Assembly (NCBI RefSeq): GCF_006345805.1
Contig: NC_042998.1
Location: 114,948,001-115,012,000, forward strand
Length of the DNA: 64,000 bases
From: Octopus sinensis
Lineage: Eukaryota
Direction: 5' to 3'
The notes under the pieces were generated by a model. That model was not told the DNA's origin and did no database searches. It saw nothing but the letters and a program-made list of their open reading frames with translations. Positions 12,286 to 22,599 of the stretch are shown piece by piece. The first letter of the stretch is position 1; every line of letters begins with the position of its first letter. Both the position numbers and the translations under genes were made by a program.

Positions 12286-12931
12286 GTTGCATTTTTTTTT
12301 TGAAATATATTCAAAATAAAACTTAAAAGCGAGAAGAAGAAAGAAATCAAAAGAAAGTCACAATAAACAAAAAGGAGAAAGTCAAATAAAGTTTAGAAGA
12401 AAGTCAATAGTTCAGGAACACAGCAAAAAGCTCTTCCGGCCATTCGGTACTCCCGGCCTAGGTTCAACCTGGAACGCCACAACTGAAACACAACTTCCAC
12501 AAAAATTGATATACAAATTGTTCAATCTTCGGAGGCAAAACACTCCCCCATACAGCAGTTCTCACAATTATTAAAGTTCTTCAAAAGGCACAATACAAGC
12601 AATAATTCTCATAAATAAGTGAGAAAATTATTCACTCAACGTAAACCGAAGACGAGGATACGCCCCACCAAAAATGAATCCAATAAATTCTGAATACACA
12701 AAAACAGCAGCCGCCGAGAGCAGACGAAATTGTCCCAGAGCTGGGCACAATTTACTGAAAAAATAATTCGCACGCAATAAATTATGCCCAGTTCACAACA
12801 AACAAAATCACCTACCTCGACAACCTTCTCTGTTTTTGTTCTTTTTTCTTTTTAGGACGGAGCTCAAAGCTCACGTCCTCACCGTTCAGTGTCAAGAAGT
12901 CAACTCCACGACCGGAACCGGAAGCAAGCTT

Positions 12932-14388
12932 TTTTATTTTATTAAATTTGCCATAAAGGCAATACACAGAGGGGACACTACAACACATGTGGGGACATAT
13001 AGCAATTAAAAATAAAATATGATATAATGAATGAACATGCAAGTGCACATGAAGAACAAATTAAAATCTGATAATATGAATGATATCTGAAAATGATATT
13101 ATGAAGAGTGTGCTACTCACCCCACACTGAGTAACACGACTCACTGTCTCTGGGTACTGAGTCCTTTTTCTCTTTTCGTCCAATCCTTTTTCCCTTTTGA
13201 CTGTCACTTAATGATAACATTCTCTCCGTCATGCATTCATAACCTTTTTCAACGGGAGGGGGTCTTCTAAATTTTGTGGTGTCTGTTCTTTCTTTTTCTT
13301 TTTTTCTTGAGGGGAAACGGGGTGGGTGGGTTTGGTGTCTGTATGGGGAGGGTGCGTCTGAGTGGTCTTGTGCGGGATGGGGTTGGACTGGGGTGCCACA
13401 TCACACTCAGTGTCTTTTCTTTTTTCCTCTTTCTCCTATTGCGCTCTGCAATTTTCCATTCTTCCTCTTTTTTATTGTTTCCTTCGTCTATTTTGTCTTC
13501 CTCTCTTTTCTCTTCTGTCTGCGCAACTATATCCTCAGCCGTAGTCCTTCGTAGAGGGCAGTAAGCTCTAATGTGGCCCTTTTGCCCACATTTAAAAGAA
13601 CGTGGTACTCTGCCCTCTACCCACACCCTCAGCACGATTTCCCCCAGCGTCACAGTCTCTGCCAAGTTCTCAAGTTGTTCCTCTTCCGTCTGAATAATTA
13701 ACTCGAGCGTTCTTCCTTTCTACCCTCCTTCTTCTGTTTCTGTGGCTTGGAGGACAGCCACCTTCTCCTCGCTTCCAGTAGGGACAGCTGCCGCTACCCA
13801 AGCCACATTTATATCAGGCGGAATTCCTTCTACCCTTATCTTGGAGGTCCTTCCAAGATACGTAGGTAGAAGGACCATTTCCTTCGTCTTTACCGTTTTG
13901 TTCGCCAGCCTCCTTGCCTCCTCCTCTGTTCTAAACTGGACTACCATTGTCCCATATTGGCATCCTCTTGTCATGTATATTACTCCGTTGGATTCCTCCT
14001 ATACTACCTTTTGTATGTTCTCTATTTCTATTTGGTCGACCTTCTTACTCTTTATCGAGTAAACTTTGTATATGACCGTTCTTCTTTTTATGCCATCCAT
14101 TATTCTTTGTGGGGGTGACAACGTCACGTTGCCTCCCATTTTCTGCGCCATTTTTCCATGCTCCTTCATTCTTGATAAATCCACCTCTTTTCTCTCCACC
14201 TCCACAGCCTCTGCGAAACTCTTCGTTTTCCTCAAATATTCATCCATGCCTTCTACTGCTCTCAGCAGCTCCTCCTATGAAGAAGACAGCTCAGACCCGC
14301 TAAGGTCTGAGTACATTGTCTTACCGTAGCAACAAAACCAACGTCCGACTCGCACACAAACGACAAACCGAATGCACTATGGGTAACC
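12932..14388 (-). mobile_element. ORF1-only L1/Tx1-like retroelement, element 2 (~1.46 kb)
   Basis: Bounded by target duplications at 12920-12931 and 14389-14403. 3' end ...CTTTATGGCAAATTTAATAAAATAAAAA. One gag-like ORF and a ~300-nt 3' UTR; too short to hold an ORF2. Confidence 0.82.
13230..14316 (-). pseudogene. Disrupted ORF1 of element 2, homologous to element 1 ORF1
   Basis: ATG 14316. Reads ...SPPQRIMDGIKRRTVIYKVY...MTRGCQYGTMVVQFRTEEEARRLANKTVKTKEMVLLPTYLG..SKIRVEGIPP...EGRVPRSFKCGQKGHIRAYCP (first knuckle Cys replaced by Ser). In-frame stops present. Confidence 0.8.
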
Positions 14389-14439
14389 GGAAGCAAGCTT
14401 CTTACCACACAGCTGCGCCTGCGCCTATATCTTATATCT

Positions 14440-14790
14440 TTTACACATTTCAGTCATTGGTCTGCGTCCTTGATAGAGCACCGTGGAAGGGTTCGGTCGA
14501 AGAAATTGACTCAGTACTTATTTTTATGTCTGATAATTTTTCTATCACCTCTTTTGCCGAAACGCTAAGTTATGGGGACATACAGAAACCAACACCAGTT
14601 GTCAACTGGTGGTAGAGGAAGCAAACAAAAAAAAAATTGGCATGCACATATGCAAATACATAAGCATTCTTCCACATGGTTTCTATCTAATAAGTATAGC
14701 TCGAAGCCATAGCAGAAGACACTTGCCCAAGGTGCTGCACATTGGGAATGAACCAAAAACCACGCGGTTGCAAAATGATCTTCTTAACCA
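14440..14790 (-). mobile_element. Family B SINE (diverged)
   Basis: TTTCAGTCATT 3' end and AGAAGACACTTGCCCAAGGTG...GGGAATGAACC head in reverse orientation. Confidence 0.8.
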
Positions 14791-15147
14791 GAGCTCAATT
14801 CTAATTTAATTTCATTCTTCATGTATACATTTAAAATTCTTACTCCGGTAGTTGAAAAAATTAGTAACGTGTATCATACAAAATGCATGAACGCCAGGGA
14901 AATATGTCTTGTGAATTTCAAACCAGCCGGTCTTGGTTTGTGTTTGTCCCTCACCTTTTATATCACGCGTCGGGCAAAGGGTTCGAGAATATAATCTCTA
15001 TGTTATCAGTAGTATCACTAATCATCATCATGCGTTAAGAATAGTTCTGCAACAAATAGTTCATAACCTTTAACAAAACTTATCACTCTTCAGTGCCCAG
15101 TTAAATGTGGCGTATACTTTACTGGTATGTTCATAAACTACATCTAA

Positions 15148-15550
15148 ATACTTTTCTACTCTAGGTACAATGCCCGAAATGTTTGGGAAGGGGAACAGTC
15201 GACTAGATCGACTCCAATGCGTTACTGGTACGTGTATTTAATCGACCCCGAAAGGATGAAAGGCAAAATGGACTTCGAGGAATTTGAACTCAGAACTTAA
15301 GACAGACGAGATACCTATTTCTTTACTACCCACAAGGGGCTAAACACAGAGGGGACAAACAAGGACAGACAAACGGATTAAGTCGATTACATCGCCCCCA
15401 GCGCATAACTGGTACTTAATTTATCGACCCCGAAAGGATGAAAGGCAAAGTCGACCACGACGGAATTTGAACTCAGAACGTAACGGCAGACAAAATACGG
15501 CTACGCATTTCGCCCGGCGTACTAAAGTTTCTGAGTGTTCGCCGCCTTAA
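15148..15550 (-). mobile_element. Family A SINE dimer
   Basis: Two body units joined at CGAGATACC|TATTTCTTTAC (~15315), with a single head at the right end. Confidence 0.88.
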
Positions 15551-17694
15551 ACTACTTTTAAATGCTATCAGAGAAGTAAGATTCTACTAGATAGTATGAA
15601 AATACGAACAAATCTCTTTCAAATCACAACCATAAAAGAAAGTAAAACAGAGTAGAACACATTGCAGAATATAACAGTAATCCCGAATATATCAATCAAA
15701 CGGAAGACCTCTCTTCTGAAGGTATGAAAGATGACATAAAATACGTAGATGCTACAACTCTGTCGGCGGTGCTTCAAACCTAGCTTACAAATGCAAGTAC
15801 ATTTGTAGAAAATTTACACACATACTTATAGTATGTATATGTGTATCTGTGCATATGTAAGTACTTTAATTTAACAACATATTAAAATATACCTGTTTAA
15901 TGGTATACCCTGAAGATTTGAGATCCATATATGCCTTGCTGTATAATACTTCATCCCAATCTCTTAAAGATACACTTGTTGGCATATTAAATTCATTCGT
16001 CATTTTTATTATTGTTCAATAAGTAGATAGTGCACTATCAAACAACTGACATATTATTATAAGAAAAAGTACAAGAAAGCCAAGTGGGTATTCATTATTT
16101 TCACACTGGTGGGGTTAGATTTTCCATTGTAATTCTTGTTTATTTAAAACAGTAGTGTCTGATTTATGAGATATTTGGTTGCTGTTTCTAGTAGGTCGCT
16201 GACCTACTAGAACGAACACGTAGAAACTTCTTAGAAGATTTATTGATAGCAAAGGTGTGGGGGTGGGGCAATTGGCTTGAGACGTGGTTGGAGGAAGGGC
16301 TATGGGTAGAGGTAATAGTGTAGTATGTGATAACCAGTGACCAGCACGTAGACATACAACCACAAAGAAACAAGGCGGAACAAGCGCGTGAAATAATGGG
16401 AGGGGTGTATATTTGATAACGGATCTTCTATATGTGTGTGTGTGTGTGGTCGTGTATATGTATGTATCTATTTACGTATGTGTGTATGTATATGTATGTG
16501 TGTACATGTTGTGTATTAATGTTTTCGTGTCGTTAGTTGAACCAATTGACGTGTAAATTGTGTTATGGCTCTGTTTAGTCGTTTATTTACTTAGAATTGT
16601 ATGTTTAGTATAAATTCACTGAGGTGTTAAAAGTGATGACAATGATTTACGTCTTTTGTCTGTTATGATATGTTGGTGTTAGAGTGTGATGTGAAACACG
16701 AAGTAGGGACAAATTCTTCTCTCTCCCCACCTCTCTCTCTCTCTCTCTCTTTCTCCCCTTTCACTCTCTTTCTGGTGTTGTAATATACGATACTCTTTCG
16801 TGTTACAAGATATTACAATGAAGATCGATTTGTTTTCTTGCTTTTCATCTTTTGCTTGTCACTTGTATAATTCCTTGATGTCTTTTAATAGGTCCCCTTG
16901 TTAATGACATTGCTGTAGTTACTGTTTACCCCGTCTAGGGGTCTTATGAGTAAGGACAGTCTTTTCTTGACCAGCTTGTATTTCCTTCGATCGATTAGCG
17001 CATAAGTTAATCCGTCATTCACTTTAAAAAATAGAGAATGGTTTATAGATATATGACTACTATTTCTAGTTGGGCGAGCAAGCCTTCAGTAACTTACGTA
17101 TGAAGCATACATCTTCAGATGGTTTATCTTCATGTTATTATTGACCAGTGCCAGTCTTCCTACAACTTACTATTGTGGTTGTTTCTGTTATTCTCATCAT
17201 TGATGCAGTTACTTCAACTACTGCGATTGCACTTACTGTTGCTGCTGCGGTTGCAATTACTGTTACTGCTGCAGCAGCTGCATTTGTCGTTTAGAATTGT
17301 TGCTACATTAGCTACAAACAAAGGCTATTTAAACTGATAAAACTGGAAGGTGTTAATTCTTAACCACAATATTATTAGTTCCTGTTCAGTCACCTGCTTC
17401 TTCCTATATTTTCCAGCACCAATACAACCAAGCACTCCTTGGTTTCAACAACAGCTTAAATGGGAAAGTATGACACCCTTGCGAATAATTAGTAATAATT
17501 TATTACATAGGCAGAAGGTCGAAATCCTTTGTGTGCGTCTGTGTAGAATGGTGTTGTCAACTGACATCAAAACTTCTGTGGGAAATTATTTCATCGATTC
17601 CAGAATAACAAGCGACAAAGTTGACATCGATGTGATTTGAACTGAGAATGCTGTGACGATATTCCCAATCCAAAGTTCTAATGATAATGGTCAT

Positions 17695-18200
17695 TTTTAC
17701 ACCAGGCACAAGACCTGAAATTTGGTGAGTGGGATTAAGTCGAGTACATTGACCCTGGTACTTATTTTATCGACCCCTAAACAATTAAAGGTAAAGTCGG
17801 CCACGGCAGCATTTGAACTCAGAACATAAGCATTTTGCCCGGTGCAGTAACGATTCTACCAGCAGCTTGCTGCCTTAGTTCTAATGATAACAATGGTTTC
17901 TGATGTAGACACAACTTTAGCAGGTTTGAGGAGATTAAATCGATTCTAGTACTTAACTGATACATGATTTTATGTATTTCAGCAGATGAAAAAGAAAGTT
18001 GGTCTCACTCGGATTTGAACACAGACGGCAATATCTCAAAAGAAATACTGCATGATATTTTTTCCATCAGGGAATGGATATAATAAACGAAATCAGTTAG
18101 AGTACATGACTGGTACTTTATTTATTCGACCTCAGAAAAACGAAACTCATAGATGACCTCTGCTGGATTTGAACATAGAATGTAAAGAGCGGTATCTAAA
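17695..18200 (-). mobile_element. Cluster of degenerate family A-like SINE pieces
   Basis: GGCACAAGACCTGAAATTT, ACTTATTTTATCGACCCC and ATTTGAAC motifs repeated three times. Confidence 0.65.
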
Positions 18201-19059
18201 TCCGTTTCTATAGTAATTGAGTCACTAATTTTAATGATAAGGATTTCTAAATTTGATAACGACTGATTACAGTATTTTCGGCAAGAGGCAAATTACCAAT
18301 GAGTATTCATAGACATAAAATGTTTGTTTGGCACCTGCTTTATCGAATCTGATTAAAAATAACAGTAAGATCAGGGGTGGAATGCCTTTGGTCATAAGTC
18401 ATTACAAAGAGCTTAGTCTTGGATCTAGGCGACAATTACAGCCTTCGATCATAGGCGAGATGTTTCATAGTAAATTTGGTGTTAAACGACTAACTCTTAT
18501 GACACATACACTACTACCACCATGTTACATGCCTATATTCAAACAACACCTTCGCTCTATATAGCCAACAGAGGAAAGCCTATGCCATCGAGTACTTTGC
18601 AAAAAATAGCGGCTAATTTTCACTTCAACTAAATCCGCCTGTATTAAAATTTCTAATGGGGAAGACAAAGATGAAGACGATTGCGATAATGGTGATGATC
18701 CTGGTGGTGTTAGTGAGGAGTTCTCTGAAAAAGGGGATGGGTCCTACTTTTCCTTCTGATGTATTCACACACATGCACACATAGATACGCGCACTCACAT
18801 AGACATACTTACATACATTCATGCATAAACACACGCACGCACACATACACACGCACACACATATATATAGCTTCGAGAAGAATAGAATGCGTTCCAATTC
18901 CTCTCTTTCTGTAGCATTTAGTCGATCAAATATAGTACCGATTATATATACATTTTAGCTATACCATTCCATTTGAAACGCTTGTACCTGATTTATTCGT
19001 TGGTTGACTATCATTTTTTGTGTTTATATATATATATATATATATTTGTTTATAATAAA

Positions 19060-19612
19060 CTCTTAAATATGCAAATAAATCTCCTATTTCATTATGCCGG
19101 CAACAGTCTAATGATGCTGTTTGATGAACCCGTCTTTGGAGTAGCATCGAGCTGTACCGATATAATGTAGGATAAATACAAGAATGATAGCAGTAATTCT
19201 TGGATGGAATTTATAAACACTTTATGCATCGCTAAGCGCGTTTCCACAACATACATGTCTCTTAATATCATAGTCCGTATTCCTGGGATGATTAGTGTAG
19301 ACAGACTTAAGTAGCTTAATCTGGTGTTGAATACACTCTTGCCAAGAAGGCTTTTTGTCGGAATGTTGTCGTTTTCTAATCTTTTCACCACATAGTATCG
19401 TTGAGATTTTCGCGGATGCATAAACAGGTGGTTGAGATCTGTAATATCAACATCATTTGCTGAAATTATATCCTTAAGTGCAAGGCGGATTTCACCAATT
19501 ATTTTCAGGTTTTGGTTAGAATTGCGAATTTTTGTGAGAGTATCGCATCCATTCATGCTGGTTTCTTTAATTTTCAGCCATTCAATCATGATTTGACTTC
19601 TTAGATCATGTA
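19060..19612 (-). mobile_element. Dong/R4-type LINE, pre-RT N-terminal ORF fragment (inverted relative to the adjacent piece)
   Basis: DITDLNHLF followed, after a frameshift, by KKPSWQECIQHQIKLLKSV resembles the conserved ITETNxLIYAAA...PPWKRRLExQI region of R4-clade ORFs. Confidence 0.6.
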
Positions 19613-20125
19613 GTAAGAAAACGAGAAAGCAACCATACTCTGGGATATGCCGATACACACAGATAGAGACATTAAGGCCAACAGACCAGATATAGTTGTC
19701 AGAGATCATGAAGAAAAAAATGCCTTCTAATTGATGTATCAATACCGGCAGATGACAACGTGCCTCTAAAAGAAATGGAGAAACTTTCAAAATACATAGA
19801 CCTGGAAATAGAGGTAACCAGAATGTGGAATCTAAAACCAGAGACAATTCCTATCATAGTAGGTGCATTAGGCATGATAAAAAAATATTCAGACAAATAC
19901 ATAACAAAAACACCAGGACTTACAAACACATATAACATACAGAAAATTGCACTACTAGGTACTGCACACATCCTACGCAGAACACTTTCCATACAATAAC
20001 CATCAGAGCATCACAACAAATCACAGCACATACCTAAGGCACGCAGAGCTGCGCTCGGTAGTGAAGTGAAAGCACGCTATAAAAATAAAACTACTGAATG
20101 ATAATAATAATAATAATAATAAAAT
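19613..20125 (+). mobile_element. Dong/R4 LINE 3' fragment (restriction-like endonuclease, 3' UTR, (TAA)n tail)
   Basis: KATILWDMPIHTDRDIKANRPDIVVRDHEEKKCLLIDVSIPADDNV...KLSKYIDLEIEVTRMW...IVGALGMIKK...ALLGTAHILRRTLSIQ*. Nearly identical to 28700-29175. Confidence 0.93.
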
Positions 20126-20129
20126 CGAA

Positions 20130-20290
20130 AAATACCTTAGGAATGAGAACCCAGGTTCGAAATTTCTCCAAGACACCTGATGAAGGCTGGCGGGAATATC
20201 AGCTGAAACGTTGTATGAGCAACAAACAAGTTGAGGACAAATATCCGTCAAGTGTAAATAATGTACATAATTCATCATTTCTTAAATATA
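20130..20290 (+). repeat. Penelope-terminus-like repeat containing a minimal hammerhead-like motif (20172-20217)
   Basis: ACAC-CTGATGA-A-GGCTG..CAGCT-GAAAC-GTT-GTAT. Confidence 0.55.
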
Positions 20291-20352
20291 GAACTGAAAA
20301 TATATTCATATATACTTGTGCGCGTGTGTATGTATATATATACAGAGAAAGT

Positions 20353-20393
<41 letters not shown>

Positions 20394-20634
20394 GGGAGAG
20401 AGAAAAAGAGGGACCGCCGAAGTTTTAGACACTACTCTCAAGCTGTATGGCCTGCAAGATTGTACCATACTTTTGTAAATTCTTTTCGGTGCCTATGTTT
20501 TTGCAAGCCGACATAGACAATTTCTCACCCTTCGCCCTGTGATTTTCTTGAATATAACAGTTGAAGGAAGTAAGAGAAGCATGAGTAACCGAAACATAGT
20601 GACACTTGTGTATGTTGAGGAAATGTGAAAGACG

Positions 20635-20806
20635 TCGCCAGGAGTGACTGTGTGGTAAGTAGCTTGCTTACCAACCATATGGTTCCGGGTTCAGTCCCAC
20701 TGCGTGGCATCTTGCGCAAGTGTCTTCTACTATAACCTCGGGCTAACCAAAGCCTTGTGAGTGGATTTGGTAGACGGAAACTCAATGAAGGCCGTCAATA
20801 TATATG

Positions 20807-20846
<40 letters not shown>

Positions 20847-21100
20847 TATGTGTGTGCGTGTGCGTGCGCGCGCGTTTGTGTGTATGTTTGTGTGTCTGTG
20901 TTTGTCCCCCTAGCATTGCTTGACAACCGATGCTGGTATGTTTACGTCCCCGTCACTTAGCGGTTCGACAAAAGAGACCGATAGAATAAGTACCTGGCTT
21001 ACAAAGAATAAGTCACTGGGTCGATTTGCTCGAATAAAGGCGGTGCTCCAGCATGGCCGCAGTGAAATGACTGAAAAAAGTAAAAGATTAAAAGAGTAAA
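20635..21100 (+). mobile_element. Family B SINE with expanded internal (TA)/(TG) tract
   Basis: GGAGTGACTGTGTGGTAAGTAGCTTGCTTACCAACC head through AAATGACTGAAA end. Confidence 0.92.
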
Positions 21101-21479
21101 GAGTCTTCACAGAGTGGGCAATACGTGGCCCAGTCTGGAATATAAAGTACCTAACGACCGTGTGCTTATCACTCTAACCACTTGCCCAAGCACTTTCATT
21201 GGATATGTGTGTGGTGTGTGTATGTGTTTGTGTGTGTGTGTGTATGTGAGTGCGTGCGTATAAATGTATGATCCTATGATCGAAGTGTAGGAAGAAAGTT
21301 AGCTTCAAGCAAATTGTAGAAAATATTTTTAAAAATCAACTTTCAGAAACAGTAGCGGTTTATTGAAGCTGAAGGTTGTGGATTTTGCTGTTTCTACGGA
21401 TGGTAAGCCGAAACAAAATGTTTTATATTTCAGGGTAGGCAGCCAGGTTTTCCAGGTATGCGAATAATATACAAGAGTT

Positions 21480-21600
21480 AAGAAATGGAGCAGATAATAC
21501 CTGGGCTACGTATGTTTCATAGTTAACGGAACCTCGGAGATAGAAGATACGCAAGCGAGTTGTATACCGTAGGCTATCCTTCAGGCCAAGTATATCTTCA
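21480..21600 (-). repeat. Dispersed repeat with hammerhead-like motif (family shared with 47360-47460)
   Basis: Minus strand CTTGGC-CTGAAGG-ATAG...CTAT-GAAAC-ATAC-GTA-GCCCAG. Confidence 0.5.
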
Positions 21601-21796
21601 TTAAATGTAGTCTGATATTATCTACTCCATTCCTTAACACTTGTATACATATATATGTGTCTGTATGCATGTGTGTGTGTGTATAACTCTTGTATATATA
21701 TGTGTGTATGTACGTGTGTGTGAGTGCGCGCGTACGCAAGCGCTTGCATGTATGTATGAGTATACGCACATGAATAAGTGAACACGAAGGAAAATA

Positions 21797-22046
21797 TTGG
21801 GTTGGTGCATAATTATTGCGGCTTTTTTTCAACAAATGTTATTCAACAAAAACTATAACAACACGTAACAAAAACATTTGTAAATGATTATTCCGGAGAA
21901 TATTCACCATCTACTTCAATTACTGCTTCCCATTTGCTTGGCAGATGGTCAGACCGTCACTTAAAGATGTTTTTGTTAAATATTGTTATTGTTTTTGTTG
22001 AATAAAATTTGTTGAAAAACTCTATAATAACTATGCACCAACCCAA
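21797..22046 (-). mobile_element. Mariner deletion derivative (MITE-like, 250 bp)
   Basis: TIRs TTGGGTTGGTGCATAATTATT / ATAACTATGCACCAACCCAA resemble the Hsmar1/MADE1-type TIR. TA on the left, CA on the right. Internal minus-strand DHLPSKWEAVIEVDGEY is a mariner transposase C-terminus. Confidence 0.85.
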
Positions 22047-22329
22047 CAGCCTTCAACATATTTGGTAGGAGTTACATATACTTTTCACAACAATGTGACT
22101 CAGCTCCACACTTTAAACCATGTAGGATTGAGTAAACGTGTTTTACATATACATATATTTGTATGTGTGTGTGTGCTGCCTGTGTGTGCATCTCTGTGTG
22201 TGTGTGTCCCTTGTGTATCTGTGTGTGTGCCTCGGTGTGTGTGTGCCTCGGTGTGTGTGTGTATGTGCGTGTGTACCTCTGTGTGACAGTGTGTGCGTGT
22301 GTGTGTGTGTGGGGGGGGTCTTTGTGCAT

Positions 22330-22500
22330 GCATTTGTGCCCTATCACCGCTTGACAACCGGTGTTGGTATAGTTATGTCCCCTACCCTAGTTGTTCGGCA
22401 AAAGAGGCCAAAAGAATAATTGCCATGCTTAAAACAAAAGCTCTGAGCTTGATTCATTCTTCAAGGCGGTGCTCCAGCATGGGCCAAGAAAAGACAAAAG
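22330..22500 (+). mobile_element. Family B SINE 3' half
   Basis: CGCTTGACAACCGGTGTTGGT...GGCGGTGCTCCAGCATGG. Confidence 0.75.
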
Positions 22501-22533
22501 ATAAAATATAAATACATATGTATGTGCGCACAT

Positions 22534-22599
<66 letters not shown>

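Larger units (their letters stand above)
10279..12919 (-). mobile_element. ORF1-only L1/Tx1-like retroelement, element 1 (~2.6 kb including a nested SINE)
   Basis: Bounded by GGAAGCAAGCTT(CTT) duplications at 10264-10278 and 12920-12931. A-rich 3' end ...CTTTATGGCAAATGTAATGAAATAA. Single gag-like ORF with a CCHC knuckle; no RT or endonuclease motif seen in the ~540-nt 3' region. Confidence 0.8.

Noticed and set aside
10264-14403. Reading the ORF1-only pair as an LTR retrotransposon or a host zinc-knuckle gene duplication
   Set aside because: There are no LTRs, PBS, protease or pol. The A-rich 3' ends and 12-15-bp TSDs fit target-primed retrotransposition, and both ORFs are intronless and sit inside a split SINE.
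19092-19847. 251-aa minus-strand ORF as a novel gene
   Set aside because: It is a chimera of the antisense of a Dong endonuclease fragment and a frameshifted Dong N-terminal relic.
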